Positions 27,601-42,600 of a DNA stretch of 64,000 bases are shown piece by piece. The stretch covers positions 76,756,001-76,820,000 of the forward strand of contig OZ296654.1 in NCBI GenBank assembly GCA_965655095.1, in the 5' to 3' direction. The notes below the pieces were generated by a model. The model was given only the letters and a program-made list of their open reading frames with translations. It searched no databases and was not told the origin of the DNA. Every line of letters begins with the position of its first letter. Position 1 is the first letter of the stretch. Source of the DNA: Haplodiscus bocki (lineage: Eukaryota). The position numbers and the translations under genes are program-made.

Positions 27601-30600
27601 GGAAGAACGGGATTTGTGGCGATTAAAAGGGTTCAAAATGTTTCCCAGTAAAAGACAATCTAATTCATTGGTTTTCCAAAAACTTTTGTTCCCCGACATT
27701 GCAAAACACCTTTGTGACAAAACATCCAGCAAACAAACCATAACTGAAAAACACAGACAAAACTTGGGCTCCTTCTTTTGTTGTCTGATCTATGACAAAT
27801 GTCAAGCTTGAGTGATTCTGATCAAAGTTTGTTGTGTTTATCAAGAAGAGTGACAACATGGAGTTCAAATTACTAAAACAAACTAATTTGCAAACAGAGA
27901 GCCAGAGTTGAACTAAGTTTTAGCACCAGTGAGACATCAGCTAGTTGTTACAAAGAAAAGTTCAGTCGAGAGGAAAATTCAATCACACAAAAGATACCAC
28001 CAGAGTCCAAAGATACTGACAAACAACTTTTGCGTAATCACAAAATGGTTTAATCTGTGCGTCGCTGAATGACAAGGCAAGTGTGTGACTCTGCGTTGCT
28101 ACCATATGGACAAAGCAATGGCTGATAATACGTGTATATCGCAATGTCCGAAAATTTGACTCTAATAACATAGCCAGAGAAAAAACAAAAGATGTTTCTC
28201 TAGTTTAGTTGAAAAATGACTCACAAATGATCTGTTTGGACAAAATTTTCACAAGTTTTAACAACGAACATGAGGAAGTTTACATTCTTCAACAATTTGA
28301 TGGTTTTTCCGACTGTTTCAAGTTGCACCTTTCGTTTTCATCTTTTCAAAGTAAACCCTAAGCAATACTAGCAAACTTCGGCAAAACTTAAAACACTTTC
28401 GAAGAATCGGACCACCCACAGCTCGCTCAGTATTAACAGACTTTGCGAAAAAGTTTCAAAGATTGTGAACGATGTAAGAACCGGTCAGAAAATGTAATTA
28501 CAAATAAAGAAATGTTCAAACCGTCATTGAACAAGTTTGTAGCCAAACTTTTTTTGACGAAACATTTCTGCAACAACAGGTAAAAAACGAACCCTTCACG
28601 GCTCGACTATTTCGATTAAGTGAAAAATCAAACTTTCCTATCAGAGAAAAATCATTAGTTTTAACTGTGTATTTATGTTTTTTTTTGGTTGAACTTTCAG
28701 AAGAATTGTAAAAATGAACAATTCCAGTTTCTTTGAGTGAAGTTATAGCGTGGGAAATCTTTTTGAAAGATAGACGAAGCGAAGTTTTCGGCAGAACGCA
28801 TAAGTTCCTTTTATGGCCACTTTCGAAGTACCAACAGAACTCATCCTCAAAACATCGGTGAGAAGAGGCAAAGGTTTACTTTTGAGTTGTTTTCATGAGG
28901 AATGCAAGTCGGATTTTTGATCGACATGTCAAGAGAGCTGAAAAACGAGAATGATTGAAAAGTTAGCAATGTATGACCTAAATTACTTCACCAAAACCAG
29001 AAGCAGATCACAAATCATTTGCTCTAAAACGCCACCTCTTTTCATTTGTCGAAGGTGAATTTGCAACTGAAAAATGATCCGGAAGCCAAAATACGAAATT
29101 TTGAGTCGAAATCGAAGGGCTTCGTTGTTTTCCTTAACTTACCATAAAATATCAAAAAACCATTCAATTTTTATAAAAAAGATCAAATCTTGCAACTTTG
29201 GCAGACTGTAGCTTTTTAGTGGCTTTTGAGCTGCAACACTTCAAGAAGAACCTGAAGCAAATGAAACATTTTTGGTGACGTCTTTGTGGAAGAAGGGGAT
29301 TTTTGGCGATTAAAAGGGTGCAAAATGTTTCCCAAAAAAGACAATCTACCTCATTGGTTTTCCAAAAACTTTTGTTCCTCGACATGGCAAAACACCTTTG
29401 TGAGAAAACATCCAGCTGAGAAATAATAACAGAAAAACACAGACAAACTTGGGCTTCTTTTTTTGTTGTCTGATCTATGAAAAATCTCAAGCATGAGTGA
29501 TTTTCTCAAAAGTTTGTTGTGTTTTTCAAGAAGAGTAACAACATGGAGTTCAAATTACTAAAGCAAACTAAATTGCAAACAGAGAGCCAGACTTGAACCA
29601 AGTTTTAGAACCCAGTGAGACATCAGCTAGTTGTTACAAAAAAAAGTTCAGTGGAGAGAAAAATTCAATCACACAGAAGATACCACCAGAGTCCAAAAAT
29701 ACTGACAAACAACTTTAGCGGAATCACAAAATGGTTGAATCTTTGCGTCGCTGAAAGACAAAGCAAGTGTGTGACACTGCGTTTCAACCATATGGACAAA
29801 GCAATGGCTGATATTAAGTGTATATCGCAATGTGCGAAAATTTGAATCTAATAACATAGCCAGAAAAAGAACAAAAAAGTGTTTCCATAGTTTAGTTAAA
29901 AAATGACTCACAAATGATCTGTTTGGACAAATTTTCCACAAATTTTACAAAGAACATGAGGAAGTTTACATTCTTCATCAAGTTGATGGTTCTTCTTACT
30001 GTTTCAAGTCGCTCCTTTCACTTTCATCTTTTCAAAGTAAACCCTAAGCAATACTAGCAAAATTCGGCAAAACTTAAAACACTTTCGAAGAATTGGACCA
30101 CCCACAGCTCGCTCAGTATTAACAGACTTTGCGAAAAAATTTCAAAGATTGTGAACGATGTAAGAACCGGTCAGAAAATGTAATTACAAATAAACAAATG
30201 TTCAAACCGTCATTGAACAAGTTTGTAGCCAAACTTTTTTTGACGAAACATTTCTGCAACAACAGGTAAAAAACGAACCCTTCTCGGCTCGACTATTTCG
30301 ATTAAGTGAAAAATCAAACTTTCCTATCAGAGAAATATCATTAGTTTTAACTGTGTATTTATGTTTTTTTTTGGTTGAACTTTCAGAAGAATTGTAAAAA
30401 TGAACAATTCCAGTTTCTTTGAGTGAAGTTATAGCGTGGGAAATCTTTTTGAAAGATAGACGAAGCGAAGTTTTCGGCAGAACGCATAAGTTCCTTTTAT
30501 GGCCACTTTCGAAGTACCAACAGAACTCATCCTCAAAACATCGGTGAGAAGAGGCAAAGGTTTACTTTTGAGTTGTTTTCATGAGGAATGCAAGTCGGAT

Positions 30601-33600
30601 TTTTGATCGACATGTCAAGAGAGCTGAAAAACGAGAATGATTGAAAAGTTAGCAATGTATGACCTAAATTACTTCACCAAAACCAGAAGCAGATCACAAA
30701 TCATTTGCTCTAAAACGCCACCTCTTTTCATTTGTCGAAGGTGAATTTGCAACTGAAAAATGATCCGGAAGCCAAAATACGAAATTTTGAGTCGAAATCG
30801 AAGGGCTTCGTTGTTTTCCTTAACTTACCATAAAATATCAAAAAACCATTCAATTTTTATAAAAAGGATGAAATCTTGCAACCTTGGCAAACTAAAGCTT
30901 TTTAGCGACTTTTGAGCTGCAACACTCCAAGAAGAACCTGAAGCAAATGAAACATTTTGGGTGATGTCCTTGTGGAAGAACGGGATTTGTGGCGAGTAAA
31001 ATGGTTCAAAATGTTTCCCAGTAAAAGACAACCTACTTCATCGGTTTTCCAAAAATTTTTGTTCCCCGACATTGCAAAACACCTTTGTGACAAAACATCC
31101 AGCTAACAAACATTAACTGAAAAACACAGACAAAACTTGGGCTTCTTCTTTTGTTGTCTGATCTATGACAAATCTCAAGCATGAGTGATTCTGATCAAAG
31201 TTCGTTGTGTTTTTCAAGGAAAGTGACAACATGGAGTTGAAATTACTAAAACAAACTAATTTGCAAACAGAGAGCCAGATTTGAACTAAGCTTTAGAACC
31301 CAGTGAGACATCAGCTAGTTGTTACAAAGAAAAGTTCAGTGGAGAGAAAAATTCAATCACACAAAAGATACCACCAGAGTCCGAAGATACTGACAAACAA
31401 CTTTACCGGAGTCACAAATTGGTTGAATCTGTGCGTTGCTGAAAGACAAAGCAAGTGTGTGACTCTGCATTGCTACCATATGGACAAAACAATGGCTGAT
31501 AATACGTGTATATCGCAATGTCCGAAAATTTGAATCTAATAACATAGCCAGAAAAAAAACAAAAAAATTTTTTTCTAGTTTAGTTAAAAAATGACTCACA
31601 AAAGATCTGTTTGGACAAAATTTTCACAAGTTTTAACAACGAACATGAGGAAACTTACATTCCTCATCAAGTTGATGGTTCTTCTTACTGTTTCAAGTTG
31701 CTCCTTTCGTTTTCATCTTTTCAAAGTAAACCCTAAGCAATACTAGCAAAATTCGGCAAAACTTAAAACACTTTCGAAGAATTGAACCACCCACAGCTCG
31801 CTCAGTATTAACAGACTTTGCGAAAAAGTTTCAAAGATTGTGAACGATGTAAGAACCGGTCAGAAAATGTAATTACAAATAAAGAAATGTTCAAACCGTC
31901 ATTGAACAAGTTTGTAGCCAAACTTTTTTTGACGAAACATTTCTGCAACAACAGGTAAAAAACGAACCCTTCACGGCTCGACTATTTCGATTAAGTGAAA
32001 AATCAAACTTTCCTATCAGAGAAAAATCATTAGTTTTAACTGTGTATTTATGTTTTTTTGGTTGAACTTTCAGAAGAATTGTAAAAATGAACAATTCCAG
32101 TTTCTTTGAGTGAAGTTATAGCGTGGGAAATCTTTTTGAAAGATAGACGAAGCGAAGTTTTCGGCAGAACGCATAATTTCTTTTATGGCCACTTTCGAAG
32201 TACCAACAGAACTCATCTTCAAAACATCGGTGAGAAGAGGCAAAGGTTTACATTTGAGTTGTTTTTATGAGGAATGCAAGTCGGATTTTTGATCGAAATG
32301 TCAAGAGAGCTGAAAAACTAGAATGATTGAGAAGTTAGCAATGTATGACCTAAATTACTTCACCAAAACCAGAAGCAGATCACAAACCAATTGTTATGAA
32401 ACGCCACTTCTTTTCACTTGTCGAAGTTGAATTTGCCACTGAAAAATGATCCGGAAGCCAAAATACGAAACTTTTAGTCGAAATCGAAGGGTTTCGTTGT
32501 TTTCCTGAACTTACCATAAAACATCAAAAAACCATTCAACTTTTATAAAAATGATGAAATCTTGCAACTTTGGCAAACTGTAGCTTTTTAGCGGCTTTTG
32601 AGCTGCATGACTTCAAGAAGAACCTGAAGCAAATGAAATATTTTTGGTGATGTCTTTGTGGAAGAAGAGGATTTGTGGCAATTAAAAGGGTTCAAAATGT
32701 TTCCCAGTAAAAGGCAATCTACTCCATCGGTTTTCCAAAAACTTTTGTTCCTCGACATTGCAAAACACTTTTGTGACAAAACATCCAGCCAACAAATAAT
32801 AACAGAAAAACACAGACAAAACTTGGGTTCTTTCTTTTGTTGTCTGATCTATGACAAAAGTCAAGCATGAGAGATTCTGATCAAAGTTTGTTGTGTTTAT
32901 CAAGAAGAGTGACAACATGGAGTTCAAATTACTAAAACAAACTAATTTGCAGACAGAGAACCAGATTTGAACTAAGTTTTAGCACCCAGTGAGACGTCAG
33001 CTAATTGTTACAAAGAAAACTTCAGTGGAGAGAAAAATTCAACCACACAAAAGATACCACCAGAGTCCGAAGGTACTGACAAACAACTTTAGCGGAATCA
33101 CAAAATGGTTGAGTCTGTGCGTCGCTGAAAGACAAAGCAAATTTGTGACTCTGAGTTGGTACCATACAGACAAACCATTGTTTGTTTATACCTGTAGATC
33201 ATAATGTCCGAAAGTTTGAATCTATCAACATAGATAGAAAAAAAAGAAAAAATTTTTTCTCCAGTTTGGTAACAAATTGACTGACAAGTGATCTGAAGGG
33301 AGACTTTTTTCTCAATTTTTAACAACGAATAAGAGGAAACTTACATTTTTCATCAAAATGATGGTTCTTCTCACTGTTTTATGTCCCTTCCTCCATTTTT
33401 GTCATTTCAAAGGAAAACCTAACCAATACTACCAATAATCGGCAAAAGCTAAAATAAATGCGAAGATTTTGTCCAACCAAAGCTCTCTCAGTCTTAACGA
33501 GTTTTCCGAAAAAAAAGGATTCATGGAGTGTGAACGATATAAAAACGGGTCAGAAAAAGTAATTACAAAAAGACGAAAGTTCAAGCGGTAAGTGAACAAG

Positions 33601-36600
33601 GTTGTACCCAAAATCTTTGTCAACGAAGCATTCCTGCAACAACAGTTAAAAAATTGAGTCTTTCAGGGATCAAATAATGAAAGCTCTGAAAATTGAAACG
33701 ACCTTCTTAGGAAAATTCGCCGTTTTTAACCGTCTGTTTATGCTTTTTTGCTGAAAATTCAGAAGTAATGTAAAAATGAAAGAGTGCAGTTTCTTTGAGT
33801 GAAATTTTAGCAAGGGAGTTTTTTGGAAAATAGACGAACAAAAGCTGTCACGAGCCCGCAAACCTACCTGTTTTTGGCCACTTTCGAGGCACCAAAGGAG
33901 CTCATCATGGAAACCATGAGTGAAAAACGACAAAAATTTAATTTTGAATCTTCTCCATAAGGAATGCAAGTCACATTTTTGATTGAAATTTCAGGAATGC
34001 TGAGAAACCAGAAAAACTGAAAAGTTAGCAAGGTGTAACCTAAAATACCGCACCAAAATCCAGAAACAGATGACAAATCCAATGTTCTAAAAAGTCACCT
34101 TTTTCATTGGTTGAATATAGGTTTGCGACCGAAAATTGATCTAGGAGCCAAAATAACGAAGTGTGGATTCGAAGTCGAAAAGTTATGTTGCTTTTTTTAA
34201 TTTACCATGAAGCACCAAAAAGCATTCTTTTTTTCAAATAAATGAAGTATTCTTGCAACTTTGGCGAACTGTAGCTTTTTAGCGGCTCTTGAGCTGCAAC
34301 ACTTTTAGAAGTATCTGAAGCAAATGAAACAATTTTGGTGATGTTCTTGTGGAAGAAGGGGATTTGTGGCGATTAAAAGGGTTCAAAATGTTTCCCAGTA
34401 AAAGACAATCTACTTCATCGGTTTTCCAAAAACTTTTGTTCCTCGACATTGCAAAACACCTTTGTGACAAAACATCCAGCCAACAAATAATAACAGAAAA
34501 ACACAGACAAAACTTGGGTTCTTTCTTTTGTTGTCTGATCTATGACAAATCTCAAGCATGAGTGCTTCTGATCAAAGTTTGTTGTGTTTTTCAAAAAAAC
34601 TGGCAACATGGATTTCAAAATACTAAAACAAACTGATTTACAATCGGAGAACCAGATTTGAATTAAGCTTTAAAACCAAGTAAGACGTCGGCTAATTGTC
34701 ACAAAGAAAACTTCAGTGGAGAGAAAAATTCAACCACACAAAAGATACCACCAGAGTCCGAAGATACTAACAAACAACTTTAGCGGAATCACAAAATGGT
34801 TGAGTCTGTGCGTCGCTGAAAGACAAAGCAAATTTGTGACTCTGAGTTGGTACCATACAGACAAACCATTGCTTGTTTATACCTGTAGATCATAATGTCC
34901 GAAAGTTTGAATCTATCAACATAGATGGAAAAAAAAAATTTTTCTCCAGTTTGGTAACAATTTGACTGACAAGTGATCTGAAGGGAGACTTCGTTCTCAA
35001 ATTTTAACAACGAATAAGAGGAAACTTACATTTTTCATCAAAATGATGGTTCTTCTCACTGTTTTAAGTCCCTTCCTCCATTTTTGTCATTTCAAAGGAA
35101 ACCCTAACCAATACTACCTACCAATAATCGGCAAAAGCCAAACTAATTGCGAAGAATTTGTCCACCCAAAAGCTCTCTCAGTCTTAACGAGTTTTCCGAA
35201 AAAAAAAGATTCATGGAGTGTGAACGATATAAAAACGGGTCAGAAAAAGTATTTACAAAAAGACGAAAGTTCAAGCGGTAAGTGAACAAGGTTGTACCCA
35301 AAATCTTTCTCAACGAAGCATTCCTGCAACAACAGTTAAAAAATTGAGTCTTTCAGGGATCAAATAATGAAAGCACTGAAACTTGAAACGACCTTCTTAG
35401 GAAAATTCGACGTTTTTAACCGTCTGTTTATGCTTTTTTGCTGAAAATTCAGAAGTAATGTAAAAATGAAAGATTGCAGTTTCTTTGAGTGAAATTTTAG
35501 CAAGGGATTTTTTTGGAAAATAGACGAACAAAAGCTGTCACGAGACCGCAAACCTACCTGTTTTTGGCCACTTTCGAGGCACCAAAGGAGCTCATCCTGG
35601 AAACCATGAGTGAAAAACGACAAAAATTTAATTTTGAATCTTCTCCATAAGGAATGCAAGTCACATTTTTGATTGAAATTTCAGGAATGCTGAGAAACCA
35701 GAAAAACTGAAAAGTTAGCAAGGTGTAACCTAAAATACCGCACCAAAATCCAGAAACAGATGACAAATCCAATGTTCTAAAAAGTCACCTTTTTCATTGG
35801 TTGAATATAGGTTTGCGACCGAAAATTGATCTAGGAGCCAAAATAACGAAGTGTGGATTCGAAGTCGAAAAGTTATGTTGCTTTTTTTAATTTACCATGA
35901 AGCACCAAAAAGCATTCTTTTTTCCAATAAATGAAGTATTCTTGCAACTTTGGCGAACTGTAGCTTTTTAGCGGCTCTTGAGCTGCAACACTTTTAGAAG
36001 AACCTGAAGCAAATGAAACAATTTTGGTGATGTGCTTGTGGAAGAACGGTAATTGTGGCGATTAAAAGGGTCCAAAATGTTTCCCAAAAAAAGACAATAT
36101 ACTTCATTGGTTTTCCAAAAACTTTTGTTCCTCGACATGGCAAAACACTTTTGTGACAAAACATCCAGCTAACAAACAAAAACTGAAAAACACAGACAAA
36201 ACTTGGGCTCCTTCTTTTGTTGTCTGATCTATGACAAATCTCAAGCATGAGTGATTCTCATCAAAGTTTGTTGTGTTTTTCAAGAAGAGTGTCAACATGG
36301 AGTTCAAATTACTAAAACAAACTAATTTGCAAACAGAGAGCCAGATTTGAATTAGGTTTTAGAACCCAGTGAGACATCAGCTAGTTGTTACAAAGAAAAG
36401 TTCAGTGGAGAGAAAAATTCAATCACACAAAGGATACCACCAGAGTCCGAAGATACTGACAAACAACTTTAGCGGAATTACAAAATGGTTGAATCTTTGC
36501 GTCGCTGAAAGACAAAGCAAGTGTGTGACTCTGCTTTGCTACCATATGGACAAAGCAATGGCTGATAATACGTGTATATCGCAATGTCCAAAAATTTGAA

Positions 36601-39600
36601 TCTAATAACATAGCCAGAAAAAAAATGAAAAAATGTTTCTCTAGTTTAGTTGAAAAATGACTCACAAATGATCTGTTTGGACAAAATTTTCACAAGTTTT
36701 AACAACGAATATGAGGAAGTTTGCATTTTTCATCAAAATGATGGTTTTTCTCACTGTTTCAAGGCCCTCCCTCCAATTTGATCATTTCACATGAAAACTT
36801 AGTCAATACCAACAGTATTGGCAAAAATTAAGGTATAAATGAAGAATCGGACCACCTAACGCTCCTTCAGCCTTAACTCACTTTGCAAGAGGAGCTTCAT
36901 AAAGCTTGAACGATTTGAAAACAAGTCAGAATGCGTAATAGCAAATAGAGAAAAATTCAAGCGGTAAGTGAACAAATTTGTAGCCAAAACTTTTTTCAAC
37001 GAAGCATTTCTGCAACAACAGGAAAAAACAATGACCCCTTTATGAGTCGATATTTGACGGAAGTGAAAATTCAAACAACTCTCTCAGAGAAACATCGTTA
37101 GTTTCAACTGTCGGTTTTGAACTATCCGTTTTTGAAAGATAGATGAAGCGAAGTTTTCGGGAGAACGCAAAAATACCTTTTTTTGGCCACTTTAGAGGCA
37201 CCAAAAGAGCTCATCTTCGAAAACATTAGTGAAAAAAAACTCCAAAGTTCTAAAATTGAATGGTTGTCATAAGGAAGGCAAGTTGCATTTTTGATCGAAA
37301 TTTCAGGAATGCTGAGAAACCAGAAGGATTGGAAAAGTTGGCAATGTATAATCTAAATTACCGCACCAAGAACCAGAAGCAGGTGACAATTATTTGTACT
37401 AAAAATGTCAACTTTTTCATTGGCCGAAGGTAGGTTTGCGACTGAAAAGTATTCTGGAAGGCAAAAAAAATGAAGACTTCAGTCGAAGTTGAAGAGTTTT
37501 GTTGTTTTCTTTAATCTCCGCAAAGCACCAAAAAACCCGTCAATTTTCCAATATGTGAAGTATTTTTGCAACTTTGGCGAACTTTAGTTTTTAGCGGCTT
37601 TTGAGCTGCAAAACTTTTAGAAGAAGCTGAAGCAAATGAAACAATTTTGGTGATGTTCTTGTGGAAGAACGAGATTTGTGGCGATTAAAAAACTTGAACG
37701 TGTTTCCAAGTAAAAGACAATTTACTTCATCGGTTTTCCAGAAGTTTTTGTTCCTCGACATTGCAAAACACCTTTGTGACAAAACATCCAGCTAACAAAC
37801 AAAAACAGAAAAACACAGACAAAACCTGGGCTCCTTCTTTTGTTGTCTGATCTATGACAAATCTCAAGCTTGAGTGATTCTGATCAAAGTTTGTTGTGTT
37901 TTTCAAGAAGAGTGTCAACATGGAGTTCAAATTACTAAAACAAACTAATTTGCAAACAGAGAGCCAGATTTGAATTAGGTTTTAGAACCCAGTGAGACAT
38001 CAGCTAGTTGTTACAAAGAAAAGTTCAGTGGAGAGAAAAATTCAATCACACAAAAGATACCACCAGAGTCCGAAGATACTGACAAACAACTTTAGCGGAA
38101 TTACAAAATGGTTGAATCTTTGCGTCGCTGAAAGACAAAGCAAGTGTGTGACTCTGCTTTGCTACCATATGGACAAAGCAATGGCTGATAATACGTGTAT
38201 ATCGCAATGTCCAAAAATTTGAATCTAATAACATAGCCAGAAAAAAAATGAAAAAATGTTTCTCTAGTTTAGTTGAAAAATGACTTACAAATGATCTGTT
38301 TGGACAAAATTTTCACAAGTTTTAACAACGAATATGAGGAAGTTTTCATTTTTCATCAAAATGATGGTTTTTCTCACTGTTTCAAGGCCCTCCCTCCAAT
38401 TTGATCATTTCACATGAAAACTTAGTCAATACCAACAGTATTGGCAAAACTTAAGGTATAAATGAAGCATCGGACCACCTAACGCTCCTTCAGCCTTACC
38501 TCACTTTGCAAGAGGAGCTTCATAAAGCTTGAACGATTTGAAAACAAGTCAGAATGCGTAATAGCAAATAGAGAAAAATTCAAGCGGTAAGTGAACAAAT
38601 TTGTAGCCAAAACTTTTTTCAACGAAGCATTTCTGCAACAACAGGAAAAAACAATGACCCCTTTATGAGTCGATATTTGACGGAAGTGAAAATTCAAACA
38701 ACTCTCTCAGAGAAACATCGTTAGTTTCAACTGTCGGTTTTGAACTATCCGTTTTTGAAAGATAGATGAAGCGAAGTTTTCGGGAGAACGCAAAAATACC
38801 TTTTTTTGGCCACTTTAGAGGCACCAAAAGAGCTCATCTGCGAAAACATTAGTGAAAAAAAACTCCAAAGTTCTAAAATTGAATGGTTGTCATAAGGAAG
38901 GCAAGTTGCATTTTTGATCGAAATTTCAGGAATGCTGAGAAACCAGAAGGATTGGAAAAGTTGGCAATGTATAATCTAAATTACCGCACCAAGAACCAGA
39001 AGCAGGTGACAATTATTTGTACTAAAAATGTCAACTTTTTCATTGGCCGAAGGTAGGTTTGCGACTGAAAAGTATTCTGGAAGGCAAAAAAAATGAAGAC
39101 TTCAGTCGAAGTTGAAGAGTTTTGTTGTTTTCATTAATCTCCGCAAAGCACCAAAAAACCCGTCAATTTTCCAATATGTGAAGTATTTCTGCAACTTTGG
39201 CGAACTTTAGCTTTTTAGCGGCTTTTGAGCTGCAAAACTTTTAGAAGAAGCTGAAGCAAATGAAACAATTTTGGTGATGTTCTTGTGGAAGAACGAGATT
39301 TGTGGCGATTAAAAAACTTGAAAGTGTTTCCAAGTAAAAGACAATCTACTTCATCGGTTTTCCAAAAACTTTTGTTCCTCGACATTGCAAAACACCTTTG
39401 TGACAAAACATCCAGCCAACAAATATTAACAGAAAAACACAGACAAAACTTGGGTTCTTTCTTTTGTTGTCTGATCTATGACAAATCTCAAGCATGAGGG
39501 CTTCTGATCAAAGTTTGTTGTGTTTTTCAAAAAGAGTGACAACATGGATTTCAAAATACTAAAACAAACTGATTTACAATCGGAGAACCAGATTTGAATT

Positions 39601-42600
39601 AAGCTTTAAAACCGAGTAAGACGTCGGCTAATTGTTACAAAGAAAACTTCAGTGGAGAGAAAAATTCAACCACTCAAAAGATACCACCAGAGTCCGAAGA
39701 TACTGACAAACAACTTTAGCGGAATCAAATAATGGTTGAACCTGTGCGTCGCTGAAAGACAAAGCCAGTTTCTGACTCTGCGTCGGTACCATGCGGACAA
39801 ACCAATGGTTGTTGATACCTGTAGATCATAATGTCGAAATGTTTGAATCTATCAACAAAGACAGAAAAGAAACAAAAAATTTTTCTCCAGTTTTGGTAAC
39901 AACTTGACTGACAAACGACATGCAGGGAGAATTCTTTCTCAAATTTTAACAACGAATATGAGGAAGTTTGCATTTTTTATCAAAATGACTGTTTTTCTCA
40001 CTGTTTCAAGGCCCTCCCTCCATTTTGATCACTTCACATGCAAACTATAGTCAATACCAACAATATTGGGCAAAACTTAAGGTATAAATGAAGAATCGGA
40101 CCACCTAACGCTCTTTCAGCCTTAACTCACTTTGCAAGAGGAGCTTCATAGAGTTTGAACGATATAAAAACAAGTCAGAATACGTAATAGCAAATAGAGA
40201 AAAATTCAAGCGGTAAGTGAACAAGTTTGTAGCCGAAACCTTTTTCAACGAAGCATTTCTGCAACAACAGGAAAAAACAATGACCCCTTTACGAGTAGAT
40301 ATTTGACGGAAGTGAAAATTCGAACAACCCTCTCTGAGAAACATCGTTAGTTTCAACTGTCTCTTTATGTTTTTTTGGTTGAATTTCCAAAAGAATTGTA
40401 AAAACGAATGATTCCATTTTCTTCGTGTGAAGTTTCATTGAGGGAGTTATTTTTGAAAGACAGATGAAACGAAATTTTCGGGAGAACGCAAAAATACCCT
40501 TTTTTGGCCACTTTAGAGGCACCAAAAGAGCTCATCTTCGAAAACATTAGTAAAATACGCCAAAGTTCTAAAATTGAATGGTTGTCATAGGGAATGCAAG
40601 TTGCATTTTTTATCGAAATTTCAGGATTGCTGACAAACCAGAAGGATTGGAAAAGTTGGCAATGTATAATCTAAATTACCGCACCAAGAACCAGAAGCAG
40701 GTGACAATTATTTGTACTAAAAATGTCAACTTTTTCATTGGCCGAAGATAGGTTTGCGACTGAAAAGTATTCTGGAAGGCAAAAAAAATGAAGACTTCAG
40801 TCGAAGTTGAAGAGTTTTGTTGTTTTCTTTAATCTCCGCAAAGCACCAAAAAACCCGTCAATTTTCCAATATGTGAAGTATTTCTGCAACTTTGGCGAAC
40901 TTTAGCTTTTTAGCGGCTTTTGAGCTGCAAAACTTTTAGAAGAAGCTGAAGCAAATGAAACAATTTTGGTGATGTTCTTGTGGAAGAACGAGATTTGTGG
41001 CGATTAAAAAACTTGAAAGTGTTTCCAAGTAAAAGACAATCTACTTCATCGGTTTTCCAAAAACTTTTGTTCCTCGACATTGCAAAACACCTTTGTGACA
41101 AAACATCCAGCCAACAAATATTAACAGAAAAACACAGACAAAACTTGGGTTCTTTCTTTTGTTGTCTGATCTATGACAAATCTCAAGCATGAGGGCTTCT
41201 GATCAAAGTTTGTTGTGTTTTTCAAAAAGAGTGACAACATGGATTTCAAAATACTAAAACAAACTGATTTACAATCGGAGAACCAGATTTGAATTAAGCT
41301 TTAAAACCGAGTAAGACGTCGGCTAATTGTTACAAAGAAAACTTCAGTGGAGAGAAAAATTCAACCACTCAAAAGATACCACCAGAGTCCGAAGATACTG
41401 ACAAACAACTTTAGCGGAATCAAATAATGGTTGAACCTGTGCGTCGCTGAAAGACAAAGCCAGTTTCTGACTCTGCGTCGGTACCATGCGGACAAACCAA
41501 TGGTTGTTGATACCTGTAGATCATATTGTCGAAATGTTTGAATCTATCAACAAAGACAGAAAAGAAACAAAAAATTTTTCTCCAGTTTTGGTAACAACTT
41601 GACTGACAAACGACATGCAGGGAGAATTCTTTCTCAAATTTTAACAACGAATATGAGGAAGTTTGCATTTTTTATCAAAATGACTGTTTTTCTCACTGTT
41701 TCAAGGCCCTCCCTCCATTTTGATCACTTCACATGCAAACTATAGTCAATACCAACAATATTGGGCAAAACTTAAGGTATAAATGAAGAATCGGACCACC
41801 TAACGCTCTTTCAGCCTTAACTCACTTTGCAAGAGGAGCTTCATAGAGTTTGAACGATATAAAAACAAGTCAGAATACGTAATAGCAAATAGAGAAAAAT
41901 TCAAGCGGTAAGTGAACAAGTTTGTAGCCGAAACCTTTTTCAACGAAGCATTTCTGCAACAACAGGAAAAAACAATGACCCCTTTACGAGTAGATATTTG
42001 ACGGAAGTGAAAATTCGAACAACCCTCTCTGAGAAACATCGTTAGTTTCAACTGTCTCTTTATGTTTTTTTGGTTGAATTTCCAAAAGAATTGTAAAAAC
42101 GAATGATTCCATTTTCTTCGTGTGAAGTTTCATTGAGGGAGTTATTTTTGAAAGACAGATGAAACGAAATTTTCGGGAGAACGCAAAAATACCCTTTTTT
42201 GGCCACTTTAGAGGCACCAAAAGAGCTCATCTTCGAAAACATTAGTAAAATACGCCAAAGTTCTAAAATTGAATGGTTGTCATAGGGAATGCAAGTTGCA
42301 TTTTTTATCGAAATTTCAGGATTGCTGACAAACCAGAATGATTGGAAAAGTTGGCAATGTATGATCTAAATTACCGCACCAAGAACAAGAAGCAGATGAC
42401 AATTCTTTGTACTAAAAATGTCAACTTTTTCATTGGCCAAAGGTAGGTTTGCGTTTGAAAAGTATTCTGGAAGGCAAAAAATGAAGACTGCATTCGAAGT
42501 TGAAGAGTTTTGTTGTTTTCTTTAACCTCCGTAAAGAACCAACTAACCCGTCATTTTTCCAAAATGTGAAATATTTTTGCAACTTTGGCAAAATGTAGCT

